From assembly GCA_030867685.1 (NCBI GenBank), contig JAQOWU010000008.1, forward strand, positions 3,596,001 through 3,660,000: DNA of 64,000 bases, in the 5' to 3' direction. The notes beneath the pieces were generated by a model. That model was given only the letters and a program-made list of their open reading frames with translations, did no database searches and was not told the origin of the DNA. The translations under genes and the position numbers were made by a program. Positions 43,717 to 55,800 of this stretch are shown one piece after another. Positions within the stretch are counted from its first letter, which is position 1. Each line of letters opens with the position of its first letter. The stretch is from Wickerhamiella versatilis (taxonomy: Eukaryota).

Positions 43717-45054
43717 ATGAGTGGGGCTAAGTCACTCAGCTCAGAAAAGAATAATGTGCCTGAGTACACCGTTACAGGTATCATAAAGTTCCTTCAGTCT
43801 GAGTGGCAACGTGTTGAACGAGAAAAGATTCAGTGGGACATTGAAAAGGCCGAGCTACGTAGCCGAATAGCTAAACTGGAAGAAGAAAAACGTCGTGTCA
43901 TCCGAACTAAGTCTCCTCAGGACTTAAAAAATGCCACATCTAAGGAATCTGACGATATAGATCAGCATTTAGTGGACGCGCGAAGGAAAGTGGCGAAAAC
44001 TGTTGACGAAATCAAAGCTCTGCTGGAACAGAGTGGCATGGTGCCAGATGACTCTCCTCTGCCCATGCAGCCTCTTAATGAACGTCTCCTTGCTACTCTA
44101 GCAAATTTTGAAAGCCATTCTGCTGTTGCTGTCATAGTAATTGGCCAATTCATCGCAGCTGCCACAGGTAGCGGGTTGCTAATTTTTTGGGATATTGCAA
44201 GGCCAAATGAGATTTTATCAAAGCATAAAATCAATAGTGAGGATCATGACGCTAACGTAACTTTTTCTACCCGACGAACGACATTCTTAAAGTTTGTGGA
44301 GTCGGAGTCGTTATTAGTGACCGCTGGTGAGGATGGCGATGTTAAAGCTTGGCCTCTGACTTGTAAGGGGCTTCCGACTGGAGAATTTAGGCTCATTGGT
44401 TCATTGGACCGGGTCCCTACTGCACTCGATGTTGGTGCTGGTGGTCTTGTTGCAGGTGCAGCAGGTTCTTCTGTGAAACTATGGCCATTACGCAGTGATT
44501 TAGACGATAGCGAGGGAGATGTCTCGGCTGACGTTTTTCCTGAATTCAACTTTAGTTGTCACGTCACTAGTCTGGCTTTCTCTGGTGCCGAAATTATTAT
44601 TGGGTTGGCGGATGCTCGTGTGCTCGTCGCTTCACTTTCCACTGGTGATATACTGAAGAGGATAGCAGGTGCTTCTCCTGATGAGGCACTAAGCGAGTGT
44701 CCACCCGTTGCGCAAGCGTTATTAGTACTTGAGAAGCCAAGACAATGTGTGATAATCGGTATGGCCACGGGAGATATCCGAATTGTAGCCTTGCCGCGTG
44801 GGGAAATCATTTCTGAGCTCCCTGCTGCGCACAGGACTGCCATAACATCTTTGTCGCCGTCGCCCAAGCAGGATTCTTTTCTTTCCACAGGAACTGACGG
44901 TACGGTAGCACTATGGACTCTTATTGGGGATGGCACCACATGGCGTGGAAGACTATTGAGCCACGATGGTGGGGCACTCTGTTCCTACTGGAACACAGAT
45001 TTTATTGTAGTTGGTGGCGCAGATGCTGTCACCAGGGTATATAATTCGCCTTAA
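43717..45054 (+). CDS. Striatin-family (Far8-like) STRIPAK subunit with WD40 repeats
   Basis: YTVTGIIKFLQSEWQRVEREKIQWDIEKAELRSRIAKLE striatin N-terminus; WD40-like C-terminal half. Confidence 0.85.
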   Translation: MSGAKSLSSEKNNVPEYTVTGIIKFLQSEWQRVEREKIQWDIEKAELRSRIAKLEEEKRRVIRTKSPQDLKNATSKESDDIDQHLVDARRKVAKTVDEIKALLEQSGMVPDDSPLPMQPLNERLLATLANFESHSAVAVIVIGQFIAAATGSGLLIFWDIARPNEILSKHKINSEDHDANVTFSTRRTTFLKFVESESLLVTAGEDGDVKAWPLTCKGLPTGEFRLIGSLDRVPTALDVGAGGLVAGAAGSSVKLWPLRSDLDDSEGDVSADVFPEFNFSCHVTSLAFSGAEIIIGLADARVLVASLSTGDILKRIAGASPDEALSECPPVAQALLVLEKPRQCVIIGMATGDIRIVALPRGEIISELPAAHRTAITSLSPSPKQDSFLSTGTDGTVALWTLIGDGTTWRGRLLSHDGGALCSYWNTDFIVVGGADAVTRVYNSP

Positions 45055-45093
45055 AAGCTTTTTTAATAAATGCTTAGGATAGTTATGAATTTC

Positions 45094-45834
45094 CTACGAG
45101 ACGGCCTTAGCCTTCTTACGGGCACCACGAGTAACTGCCTGGTAGCCTGCCTTAATGGATTGCACTGAGCGACGCGAACCACAGGAGTTGCACTCAAGGA
45201 AATAAAGACGGTTCTCTTTAGTGAGACTAGTGTTCACACTCTTGCATGTCTTGCAAGTGACATATTCAAGTATATAACGCCTGAGAACACCCTCAATTTG
45301 CTTTTGCTGGAAGCGACCCTTGATGATCAATCGTTTAGTACCATCCACAGATCCCGAGGTACCAAGTTCAGTAAGAAGATAATGCATGACATGCTCCTCA
45401 GGGCGATGCATCTTGTCAGCGATCAGCTTAATGTTGCTGAATGCTGTCTTCTTTGAACCATCACGCAATACAACAGGTGGTGGAATCTTATACTTGACAC
45501 CAGAACGATCTCCTGCCATTTCAGGGTTGTTTTTACGAAGTACATCGAAAAACCTATGCAGGAGTCTTTCGTATCCACCAGCATCATCCTCACCTCCATT
45601 TCCTTCCTCAGCCTCTTCAACACCGGCCTTTTCTAGTTCCTTGGCGAAATCGTCAGCAGCATGAGCAGCCTTGTGCGACTTCTTCTTCTTCTTCTTGAAG
45701 TCGAATTCACCCGAGACGTTTAGGTCTGCGACTTGCTCAGACACACCATCTGGCGAGGCATCTTGGGTGTTTGTCTGGGTCTTTTTCTTCTTCTTCACAC
45801 TCGGGTCGAACAACAATGTCGACTCCTCACTCAT
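45094..45834 (-). CDS. SUI3: Translation initiation factor eIF2 beta
   Basis: Poly-Lys boxes, [10 protein letters not shown]...[16 protein letters not shown]...CNSCGS zinc ribbon. Confidence 0.95.
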   Translation of the reverse strand: MSEESTLLFDPSVKKKKKTQTNTQDASPDGVSEQVADLNVSGEFDFKKKKKKSHKAAHAADDFAKELEKAGVEEAEEGNGGEDDAGGYERLLHRFFDVLRKNNPEMAGDRSGVKYKIPPPVVLRDGSKKTAFSNIKLIADKMHRPEEHVMHYLLTELGTSGSVDGTKRLIIKGRFQQKQIEGVLRRYILEYVTCKTCKSVNTSLTKENRLYFLECNSCGSRRSVQSIKAGYQAVTRGARKKAKAVS

Positions 45835-46060
45835 GACAAAAACTTACGCTGATGAGTCAACAGATTGATTTAAGGGTGGAATCTACATATGGTCTTCCAC
45901 GAGTGGATATAAGCTCGGATAAAAATAGCTAAACGATGAATAGAAATAGTATATGGATCTTGTGATTGTTTCTTCCCCTTGTCCATCAAGTTCTGCCTGT
46001 CTTGCCGCCATTGATTAATCAGCGATAGACGAGGTGCGGGAGGCCTTTGATTGAACCTAT

Positions 46061-47008
46061 ATGCAAAGCAGCTCTAATTCTCACAATAATGGTATTTTGA
46101 CATCGACAGCAGCTTTTTTCCATCAGCCAATTATATCTGCATTTGTTGCTGGTGGCTGTGCAGGTGCAGTTAGTCGAACTATAGTCAGTCCTCTTGAACG
46201 GATGAAAATCATTTTCCAAACGCAACGGCCAGCGGAAGGAAACTATCATGGATTCGGTAGCACTCTGCATAGGATCTATCAGGAAGAGGGATGGCGAGGT
46301 TATTTCCGAGGGAATGGTGTCAACGTTCTCCGCATTGTTCCATACAGCGCTGTGCAGTTTACTACGTATACTATGATGAAGCGCCACCTCGGAATAGACA
46401 AAAAGAAGGCCAGATCAATACCTGAAAGAATGTTGGCGGGAGCAGTTAGTGGAATAGTCTGTGTTACTGCTACATATCCCCTGGATTTGATTAGGACGCG
46501 TTTGGCCGTTCAAACTGCAGCAATTGGAGTCACGCGAGCTAGCACAAGCAAACCTCCAGGAATTTGGGAGACGGCAAAGTCTGTATACCAGAATGAGGGG
46601 GGTGTGAGAGCCCTTTGGCGGGGCATTACCCCAACGTGTTTAGGTGTGGCGCCTTTTTTGGCAATTAATTTCTCCCTGTATGATCTACTTCGCCATACCC
46701 TTAGCGATAATGAGCAAAATCTTAGTTCATTCAGCACCCTATGTTCAGGTGCTCTATCAGGATTGATTGCTCAAACAGTGACTTTCCCATTGGATGTACT
46801 GAGACGGCGTTTTCAGGTGGCTAAGTTCCAGCACGGCGAACTCGGTTTCGAATATAACTCGGTCCTAGGTGCTGCCAAGATGATCGTACGGACCGAGGGC
46901 TTTCAAGGATTGTATAGGGGTCTTCTACCCAACTTGGCCAAGGCGATACCAGCAATGGCCTCGTCATTTTGGACATATGAAGCAGTCAAGAGACTTCTAG
47001 GAGGGTAA
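46061..47008 (+). CDS. Mitochondrial carrier (SLC25; YPR011C/SLC25A42-like)
   Basis: Three Px[DE]xx[KR] signatures: PLERMK, PLDLIRTR, PLDVLRRR. Confidence 0.9.
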   Translation: MQSSSNSHNNGILTSTAAFFHQPIISAFVAGGCAGAVSRTIVSPLERMKIIFQTQRPAEGNYHGFGSTLHRIYQEEGWRGYFRGNGVNVLRIVPYSAVQFTTYTMMKRHLGIDKKKARSIPERMLAGAVSGIVCVTATYPLDLIRTRLAVQTAAIGVTRASTSKPPGIWETAKSVYQNEGGVRALWRGITPTCLGVAPFLAINFSLYDLLRHTLSDNEQNLSSFSTLCSGALSGLIAQTVTFPLDVLRRRFQVAKFQHGELGFEYNSVLGAAKMIVRTEGFQGLYRGLLPNLAKAIPAMASSFWTYEAVKRLLGG

Positions 47009-47141
47009 CTTGTCAAAAAAAATTAATCGTTCAGAGATTTCATTCTAGCTGGGTCATACTACATTAGAACTCTTAGCAAACTTATTTTGATATTGTGATA
47101 GGCTCGATTCAATGCATAGTCACGTATGTGGAATCTATAAA

Positions 47142-47885
47142 TCAGAAAACAGCAGTGGTTGTGCTCATCGTGCTGGATATCTCCCAGTCGTCCCAATGTA
47201 ATTGCACGGGATGCGGCTCAAGTAGTGGAGGCGCAGGTGGGAGATTCACATCCTTGGTATTTACTAGCCTCCCTATTAATGTCCTGATAACGGCACTATC
47301 AGGAAAGTCGCGGTGAAATCTCGTAAGTACACGCTTCACCAATTCATCATCCCATCCGGTAGGGCCAAAATTACAAGCCCTCCTATAATGCAGTGACTCA
47401 ATCATATCTTCCAAGCATTCCTCATGCGATAGCTGGGTATCATTTCGCTCGGTGGTCCAATCTGAGGCAAGCATGGCATCTAGAGCGTTTGAGTCCATAA
47501 ATAGCCCATTGATACTTGTCGCAAGCTTGCTCCACAAACTGGGTCTGTTGCTTTCCTCCTCAGCTCTGATATCTTCCATAAGTCCTTCAAATGGTGACTC
47601 CATATTCTGCGCACCATTCTGCCATTGACTGATACGTTCTTGGAATGTACCCGCGCCATCGTGGGCTGGAAGCTCGAGAGGTTCATTTTCTTCTACACTT
47701 ACTATGCTGGTTGGTCCTTCATGGCTACGAATTGAAGCGTTTGTTGCTGGAGGAGAGAACAGAACCCACTCATCCATGCTATCAATTGACGAACTTCGTA
47801 AAAGCCCTGAGCTTAGCACAGATGTGCTTGCAATTGAGGCATTATTCTGCCTTCTCACATTGTTACGCTGCTGGAAGAACGACAT
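47142..47885 (-). CDS. Uncharacterised protein
   Basis: 247-aa ATG ORF (EWVLFSP, LPAHDGAGTF, ERISQW). Family not named. Confidence 0.65.
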   Translation of the reverse strand: MSFFQQRNNVRRQNNASIASTSVLSSGLLRSSSIDSMDEWVLFSPPATNASIRSHEGPTSIVSVEENEPLELPAHDGAGTFQERISQWQNGAQNMESPFEGLMEDIRAEEESNRPSLWSKLATSINGLFMDSNALDAMLASDWTTERNDTQLSHEECLEDMIESLHYRRACNFGPTGWDDELVKRVLTRFHRDFPDSAVIRTLIGRLVNTKDVNLPPAPPLLEPHPVQLHWDDWEISSTMSTTTAVF

Positions 47886-48494
47886 AACAGACTCAATTCA
47901 GGTGTATTCCGCAACGAAGTGAGTGTGGCTGACGCTATCCACCTGAAAGGCTAGGGGAGATGCCTAATCGGGCTAATAGATTAACATTCACGTGACATAT
48001 TGTTACAGGTGATGCGGCATTTATCTTTTTAACTAAAAAAGCTCTTTAATTTTTGTGTTGCAATTATGAAAATTCCTGCGTCACAGAGATAGCCCAGCTT
48101 ATCAAAGTTACTGCGAGGATGACAACCCCTCTTGTATTGCAACAGTTGGGAATTGTGCTATACCAGGGCGGTTTTCGGCCATATTTACAGTCTGAATATC
48201 GTCTAACACGCTCTAAATAAACTTAAATGAACACAGACGCGTTTGTGACTGCGCAGATCTCTTAGAAAAAAACCCTTGTCACTTCTTTCTGTTCTTTTTC
48301 TCACATTAGCACACTGTGTAATGGTGGGCGCACTGGTAACCTATGTCACGTATCCAGTGAACGACATGTCTTTCCACTACAGCTCGAACTACTGTTTGGC
48401 CGTCGCTTGGGAAACGACGTAAGCCAGTGAGTTGGGGGGTGTACAAATCATTCCTTCCTATTGGCTTATTCACCCACCCCATAGGCCATCTACC

Positions 48495-48704
48495 ATGCGT
48501 CCGAGCTTCATTCCACGATCTGCACACGGAGGAGGGATCAAGAAATTCATGCCGCCCGAGGTTTACCCGATTGTCTTTTTAATGTCGGGCCTCACTGTTG
48601 TCATCGGCTGGCGGTTGACTCACCTTTACCTCCAGCCTGATGTTCGGGCTGGTCATGAACAAAGGGACACATTCCGCGGTCCTGAGGTCAAAGAGGACCA
48701 CTAA
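48495..48704 (+). CDS. Small B12D/NDUFA4(COXFA4)-like single-TM protein
   Basis: 69 aa from first ATG: PPEVYPIV, TM segment, LYLQPDVR. Confidence 0.65.
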   Translation: MRPSFIPRSAHGGGIKKFMPPEVYPIVFLMSGLTVVIGWRLTHLYLQPDVRAGHEQRDTFRGPEVKEDH

Positions 48705-48968
48705 ACCTCTCCGAGAACTATTCAAGCGTTTTACTTCCTAGTCATATAGTATCTATTTTTGCAGGTAGGTTTCTGTTACCAATTATAGTTATCGGCAGAG
48801 TTTTAAAAGCACATTATAGGTTCTCTGGTGCAGAGAAAAAAAGGCCAAGACCTTATTTTTTCTGCTGATAGCTGATGCAATATAAAGCAGGGTTATTATG
48901 CCCATCTGTGGGTGTAAGAAGCTAGACTACTTACTGTATCTGATCTAGCTGACGAAGGAAAGAGATAC

Positions 48969-49580
48969 ATGTACCATTTGGCGAAGGGGATCTACGCGTC
49001 CCTTACTCGCCGCGAAGAGTATTCTGTGTTAATATTGGGGCTGGACAATGCCGGTAAGACAACGCTTCTTGAGCAGATGCGGCAAAGGTATTCCAAGTCG
49101 GGAAAAGGGTCCTTGAAGGACCTTCATGACCAGTCGTCAGTACCTACTGTCGGCCAGAATATGGGTCGGGTGCCTATCGGGAAAATTTTATTGAAACTAT
49201 GGGATCTTGGTGGCCAAGAGAGTTTGAGGACCCTGTGGGAAAGCTACTATGAAGATGCACATGCAGTCGTGTTCGTGGTTGATTCCACAGACCGGGCACG
49301 CATAGAAGAGTGCCGGAATGAACTCGACGCCATAGTGAGTGCCGATGTTTTGGAAGGGGCTCCCATTTTGATGTTGGCAAACAAGCAAGATCGTGATGAT
49401 TGCATCGAGGTGGAGGATATAAAAGAGATCTTCAACAAAATAGCAGAAAAGATGAGCGCGCGTGACTCAAGAGTTCTACCTATATCAGCTATTGATGGCA
49501 CCGGTGTTGAGGATGCTGCAGAATGGCTCGTGAGCCGTTTGGTGCGAAATCGACAATTCCGGCCACCGAATCTCGTGTAA
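48969..49580 (+). CDS. ARL3: ARF-like GTPase Arl3/ARFRP1
   Basis: MYHLAKG, GLDNAGKTT, WDLGGQ, NKQD. Confidence 0.93.
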   Translation: MYHLAKGIYASLTRREEYSVLILGLDNAGKTTLLEQMRQRYSKSGKGSLKDLHDQSSVPTVGQNMGRVPIGKILLKLWDLGGQESLRTLWESYYEDAHAVVFVVDSTDRARIEECRNELDAIVSADVLEGAPILMLANKQDRDDCIEVEDIKEIFNKIAEKMSARDSRVLPISAIDGTGVEDAAEWLVSRLVRNRQFRPPNLV

Positions 49581-49782
49581 TTGTTACTATTTAAACGTTC
49601 TCATGAAGCTAATCGTGTGCTTCTTAATTATTTGTCTGTACCTAGTTTAAACTTATGCCTGAAATTTTGCATAAAACAGATCAGCACTTGGCGGCTACGG
49701 TCACGTGCTCGTTATAACCAGTTCCTTTGATACCTCCCTCCTTACCTTAATCGCGTATCTGTGTGATTCTGGCCAGCGCAAG

Positions 49783-51294
49783 ATGGGCGAAAATTATGGA
49801 AATCTCACTGCTAGGCCTTTTTTGCTACGTATTTCTTTTGCGCTTGTTTTCACTCTCTTGGTACTGTGGTATATCTCTCCCTTCAACGGGGCTGGTGAAA
49901 ACCAGTTGGAGAAGGAGCCTCTACAGAATCCAGAGCGGAAGAGAAATGTTATTTTTATGGTAAGTGATGGTATGGGACCAGCCTCTTTGGCTTTAACCCG
50001 TGGATTCCGTCAATATAATGAAGGCAGTGATTCATCGACATTGAACCTTGACAAGTACTTTATTGGAAACTCGCGGACGCGCTCCAGCGATAGCCTCATT
50101 ACCGATAGTGCTGCAGGTGCTACCGCATACAGCTGTGCACTGAAGAGTTATAATGGCGCTATCGGCGTCACCCCTGAAGGACTGCCATGTGCGACTGTTC
50201 TGGAGGCCGCCAAACTAGACGGCTACGCAACGGGTCTCGTGGTAACTACACGTATAACAGATGCTACACCGGCGTCTTTTGCTTCTCATGCGCGTGATAG
50301 AAGTGAAGAGGACTTCATTGCAGAGCAGCTAGTTCTTAACAAGTCCCATCCGTTCGGCACAATGGTAGATGTCCTTATTGGGGGTGGTCGTTGCCACTTC
50401 TATGGCTGCCGTGGTGATGAGCGTAATATTTTAGAGGAGGCGCAACAGGAAGGTTGGACATATAGTCCGACCCTCAATGACGACCTGGATAACATCACTC
50501 TGCCATATATGGCTTTGGTAGCATCCCACGACGTACCCTACGAACTTGATCGTAATCCTAATCATTATCCATCGCTGAAGGAATCTGCCTTGTCTGCTGT
50601 ACGTTTGCTTGATCGCGAGACCCGTGGAAGAGAAAAAGGGTTCTTCTTGTTGGTCGAGGGTTCAAGGATTGACCACGCTGGTCATTCTAATGACCCTGCG
50701 GCACAGGTTCATGAAGTACAGGCATATGACGATACCGTAGAAGCCCTTGTCCAATACAGCCAAGAGTCGGACACAGAGACGATCGTGATATCTACCAGTG
50801 ACCATGAGACTGGTGGATTATCCGTGGCTCGCCAAGTAACCGTGGACTATCCTGATTATGCCTGGTTTCCTGAGGTTCTAGCAAATGCATCCCATAGCAC
50901 GGCCTATTTGTCCTCGAAAATACGTCACAACCTACCCCATTTGAAATCTGATGCTGCTCTGCGAAACTTTTTGATTGATGTTCTGCAGCAGGACCTTGGA
51001 ATTCCGGATCCTCAGGAGGATGAGATTGATCTTGTCTTCTCGAATGCTCGAGTAAGTGCTCATGACGCTTTGGCGGTAGTTTTGTCTCGTAGGGCCCAAA
51101 TAGGGTGGTCCACACATGGTCATTCTGCTGTTGAGGTTAACGTATATGGGTTTTCGAACCGGCCTCATGCCATCGATGATGTTCGAGGTAGTAATGAGAA
51201 TATTGAGGTGGGCAAGTTTCTGCAGAACTATCTTAACCTCGATGTCGCAGAACTTACCCCGGCCCTGCGCAAAGGTTTTGGCGATAACTTTTGA
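49783..51294 (+). CDS. PHO8: Vacuolar alkaline phosphatase
   Basis: N-terminal TM, SDGMG, ITDSAAGAT, EGSRIDHAGH, TSDHETGG, THGHSAV. First ATG at 49783. Confidence 0.93.
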   Translation: MGENYGNLTARPFLLRISFALVFTLLVLWYISPFNGAGENQLEKEPLQNPERKRNVIFMVSDGMGPASLALTRGFRQYNEGSDSSTLNLDKYFIGNSRTRSSDSLITDSAAGATAYSCALKSYNGAIGVTPEGLPCATVLEAAKLDGYATGLVVTTRITDATPASFASHARDRSEEDFIAEQLVLNKSHPFGTMVDVLIGGGRCHFYGCRGDERNILEEAQQEGWTYSPTLNDDLDNITLPYMALVASHDVPYELDRNPNHYPSLKESALSAVRLLDRETRGREKGFFLLVEGSRIDHAGHSNDPAAQVHEVQAYDDTVEALVQYSQESDTETIVISTSDHETGGLSVARQVTVDYPDYAWFPEVLANASHSTAYLSSKIRHNLPHLKSDAALRNFLIDVLQQDLGIPDPQEDEIDLVFSNARVSAHDALAVVLSRRAQIGWSTHGHSAVEVNVYGFSNRPHAIDDVRGSNENIEVGKFLQNYLNLDVAELTPALRKGFGDNF

Positions 51295-51355
51295 AGCATG
51301 AAATACTATAATTTCTAGGCAAGTACCATACAAGGTAATATTAATGTTTTTAGAA

Positions 51356-51697
51356 CTAGCAAACGCCCTTGCCAAACTGTTCAATCTTAGTCGAGATCGC
51401 CGAATGGGCGTCCATTGCCTCTACAAGACGCTCCAAAATACTATTCATCTCCTGGAGGTTTGCACCAGACATTAAGAACCATTGGCTATAGGGGTTTTGC
51501 TGTTGCAGTTGATTAGGAATGTTGATAATGAGATCTTTGACAAGGGTCTCGATATTGCGCATGCTCCAGTCGTGGGCAGCGTTCACGATTTTACGTGATG
51601 GAGGCGTGATTTGGAGCAATTCTGAATACAGCGCCGCGATATCGCAGCGTATTCTGACTTGCTCGGCCTGCAAGTCGACGACAGTCTCTTGCTGCAT
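51356..51697 (-). CDS. Hypothetical protein (113 aa)
   Basis: ATG ORF filling an otherwise empty spacer; no recognised motif. Confidence 0.45.
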   Translation of the reverse strand: MQQETVVDLQAEQVRIRCDIAALYSELLQITPPSRKIVNAAHDWSMRNIETLVKDLIINIPNQLQQQNPYSQWFLMSGANLQEMNSILERLVEAMDAHSAISTKIEQFGKGVC

Positions 51698-52083
51698 TCA
51701 GTCCTCCCCAGAAACTCTCGATAGACGGACAAATGTGCTTCTATTAGTCAGGGGTGATATTAGAGGCAAGTGGGGTCCAACGGTCGATCACAAGAAAAGC
51801 CACCAAGGCACTGCTGCGCCCCCAATTTATTTTGATTCGGCTCCTTTAGTTATAATATTGTTGCCTGGTCCCCTTTTCGTTGTTAATATCAATAGCCCAA
51901 CGAACCAATGTTAATAACATTTGTTCAGCACACGATATTTGATCACGAAAACTGTCGGTAAACTTATATATGCCACTTTCTGAGATGTAGTATACTGAAC
52001 TATATTATCATGATTTTACCGATGGTTTCTGGCGAAAAGAATACAAACCTCCAGCCAATGTTTACGTAACTACGTCTCTGGTC

Positions 52084-52668
52084 ATGATGTATCATATGGA
52101 CCCTACGACGAAGAAAGTAGCGCTGGACGCTACGGCTTTTGTTGATGAAGAGAGCCGAGTTCAGGCAGAACAGGCAGTCGCGTTGGTTAACAGGCTTATG
52201 GCTGACCTTGTAGTCTCTGGGCGGGATCAACCGCCTCCACCCAAGCAGAATGTGTCCACGAACATTTCCGTGGCCAGCAACAAGTTGATTGCAAATGGTA
52301 TACTTATGATACAGCAGAATAAGCCTGCTGAAGCTACCAAGGTCTTCTCGACAGCGTTGGAGATGATTCTACGACGACCTCTTTGGGAGCCGACTCCACT
52401 CACAATCGAGGAGGTGACCAAGGTATTGGCGCCTAGATGCGATGCATACATAGCATCACAGCAATGGGAGGATGCATATGCCGATGCTTCAATGCTTCAG
52501 ATTTTACAACCAGCAGACGCCGCAAACTTCTATCGCAAGGCGGTGACTCTCCTAAGTGCGTCCAAGGTTAAGGAGGCGCGTGAATTGCTGGTCACTGCGT
52601 TATCTATTGCGCCTGGAAACAGTATATTCCGCAAGGCCTTAGAGAGCATTGACAAAAAGAGTCCCTAA
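52084..52668 (+). CDS. SEC72: Sec63 complex TPR subunit Sec72
   Basis: PPPP linker, ALEMILRRPLWE, RCDAY...DA...FYRKA TPR pattern. Confidence 0.78.
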   Translation: MMYHMDPTTKKVALDATAFVDEESRVQAEQAVALVNRLMADLVVSGRDQPPPPKQNVSTNISVASNKLIANGILMIQQNKPAEATKVFSTALEMILRRPLWEPTPLTIEEVTKVLAPRCDAYIASQQWEDAYADASMLQILQPADAANFYRKAVTLLSASKVKEARELLVTALSIAPGNSIFRKALESIDKKSP

Positions 52669-52736
52669 GGAACGTAAACTCCTACTATGTAAGGAGAAAA
52701 ATCTAATACAATAGCCCAAGCCATACTCCAAATTAA

Positions 52737-52783
52737 ATATATATATATATATGTATATGTATATGTATGTACATGTGTGTGTG
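52737..52783. repeat. Compound (AT)n/(ATGT)n/(GT)n microsatellite
   Basis: atatatatatatatatgtatatgtatatgtatgtacatgtgtgtgtg. Confidence 0.9.
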
Positions 52784-52848
52784 GTTGTCACTCTGTGGGT
52801 GCGCTCGCTCATTGACACTCATTACCTGAGTCAGCACGCGCCACCACT

Positions 52849-55800
52849 ATGCTCGCCCCGGGCAGCTCTTCACGTCCCGTAGAGGTTATAGACATGACGG
52901 GCGAAAGCGAGGGCTATGCAGCATCCAAGAGATCTGCTGATAGTGATATTGGAGAAAATTCAACCAAACGACAGGCTGGCAATGATGGAAATGGTGTTGT
53001 GGATTTGACCCAGGAAGAGAACCGTGATGATCCAGCGGTGGAGATTTCGGAGGTAAGGCACTTGCCGCAGTCAGATTCGCTCGCCCATCCTTCCGCAGCA
53101 CGTCCCAGACCTAGGCAGACTGCGCAAAGGGAAAAGTTGCGAGCTTATATTACGACCCTACCAGGAAACGAAAAGAAGGTCGCAATAAGACTGGTGAAGA
53201 TGCTTCAAGACGAAAAGCAATCACTATTCAATCGCAAAACTGCTGCAAGTAATGATCTTGCTGATGCTAAGCAGCAGGGAAACAAATTCGCTGAGCAAGC
53301 ATTCCACCAACTATGGCTCTCGCATTCTCGTGCCCAACTTGATCTTAGTGACATGGTTGAGCAAATATGTAATGGTACAGTTGCTAACCTTGGGGAGCAG
53401 GAGAGAGTTGCTCAGCAATACATTGCAGCCTCGCGACAACAGGATCAACATGTTCGTCAGCGAATTATGCTGCAGAGAAGTGCACAAGCGCAAAGTGAAT
53501 ATGGCCGCTACCAATTAGCGAATGACCCAGTATATCAACAGGGCCGAGCCAACTCATATGTTTCCGATCAACCCCCACCTCAGTCGGGATACCAACCCTC
53601 CGTTTCAGGAGGACCCCAACAGCCAATCCGTGGTATGGGCACCCTCAATGGTAATCTTGCCCAGGCTCTCAATCAAATTCAACAACCTAGAATGCCTACA
53701 ATGCCTCAGAATCCTGCTCGACGACCGCTTTCTGGTGTGATACCTCTTCCATCCCCCAGTGAATTCAGAAGAAATGGCAATATGATGGATAACAATGCCA
53801 TGCTGGCTGCTGGGTCGGGAATTGGCTCTTATGGGCGACCGGTATCCTCCATATATGACAGCCATGTAAACCTCCAAGATTATGAAGAGTTGGTTGATCA
53901 AGCACGCAAGGATGCGGATCCGGCGGATATGCCTAAGGAACTAAAAGTCGATTTTTGGGAACATCAGCGGTTGGGTCTGGGTTGGCTACTAAGGGCTGAG
54001 TTTAGTAGAAACCGAGGTGGAATCCTTGCCGATGATATGGGTCTTGGTAAGACAGTCCAAACCATAGCTCTCATGTACGCAAATACTCCGAAAACAGGTC
54101 GCCAGAAACAAACTCTTATTATTTGTCCTGTTGCGTTGCTTGAGAACTGGAGAACTGAATTAGAAAAGCGGGTGCGGCCAGAGTTCCGATATCGCGTTTA
54201 TATACATCACAGAGCCACCCAAGCAAACCACCATGCGAAGTTCTATACGGAAGCACGCGATATCCAGGACCAGTTTGATGTGGTGATCGCAACGTATAGT
54301 GCCGTAACAGCGGAATACAAGAATTTCAAGAGTCATGAGGGCGAGTCCCCGTTGTTTGATATTGAATGGTACCGTGTGGTACTTGACGAAGCACATACAA
54401 TCAAAAATCGTCAGTCCAAGGGTAGCTTGGCATGTGCCCACCTTAGATCTGTGTACCGCCTATGTCTTACAGGAACTCCCATGCAAAATGATCCGGCAGA
54501 GTTGTATCCTCTTGTGAGGTTTCTTCATATCGAGCCTTACTGGCAAGATTGGTCGAGATTCAAAAAGCTTGTTCCGAGCATCGATAGCCCAAGGTCAGTC
54601 CAGGCAGAGGGACGAATTGCATTGGTTGCCTTGTTGAGCGCCATAATGCTGCGTCGTAAGAAGGATACAGTAATTAATGGCAAAAAGATTCTTGACACGC
54701 TTCCCGCCAAGACGCAAGAGGATATATATGTGCGACTTGAGGGAGAAGAACTTGAGGCTTATAAGACTTTGGAGGGCACGATTCAGGCCCAGGCATCCCG
54801 CCTCATGAAGTTGGCTAGTGAAAATGCATATAGTAATATGCTTGTCCTGCTTTTAAGACTACGTCAACAGGCATGTCATCCTCTTCTTATTGAGGTCACA
54901 AAGCGAAACCGTGTTCGCACGACTAGTTTCAAGGATCCCAAGAAGGAAATACGTGCCGCAAAAAGGATGGATCCATCACGTCGTGTTCAAGTGTTGAATG
55001 AGTTCAAGGGAACAAGTGGTGTTGGCTGTTCTGTATGCCAAGATGCAATGTGTGTTTTGCCTCATGAAACGTTTGCCTTGACAGAGTGCGGGCACTTCTG
55101 CTGCCATGAGTGTGCAAATAAATTTGAAGAAGGTCTCGAAGATGATGATGACGAAGGACAGCGGTGTAGAATACCCGATTGTAATAGGCCTGTGACAGGC
55201 TGGACCTGTATAGAGGTCTTGGATGCAGTGGGTCGTGAGCAGACAAGAAATGATAATCTTATTGTTGCCGATTTACGTATGAGACATCGTATACGTCAAT
55301 CAGATGAGCGTTCTAAAGCTGATGCGCGTAAAAAAGCTTTGTCGCAGCTTATCCATCAACAAGAATGCAAGGATATGTGGGAACAAGGCTTTGACTCGGA
55401 GGAGGATGCAGATGACAACTTAGATACGAAACCAAAAGAAGTGTCCTCTGATACCTCCAAGGGTCTTCATAATGTTTTGGATATTAACCGCGTGGCTGAG
55501 TTATTCTATGTCCCCGATGTGTTTTTAACGGGGTGGGTACCTTCAGCGAAAGTGGACAAATGCATGGAGGTTTTGAACAATATCTGGAAAAAGCATCCGG
55601 AGGACAAGGTTATAGTGTTCTCTTTCTTCACTAGTATGCTGAGCCTTATGACGATTCCACTGGAAGCGGGTCGTGTTCCATTTCTGGAGTATAATGGTGC
55701 ACTCAGCGCTCCGGAGAGATCTGATGTTCTTGAAAAGTTCCGCAATACACGGGCACGCGTACTATTGACATCAGTCAAGGCTGGTAATGTTGGTCTTACA

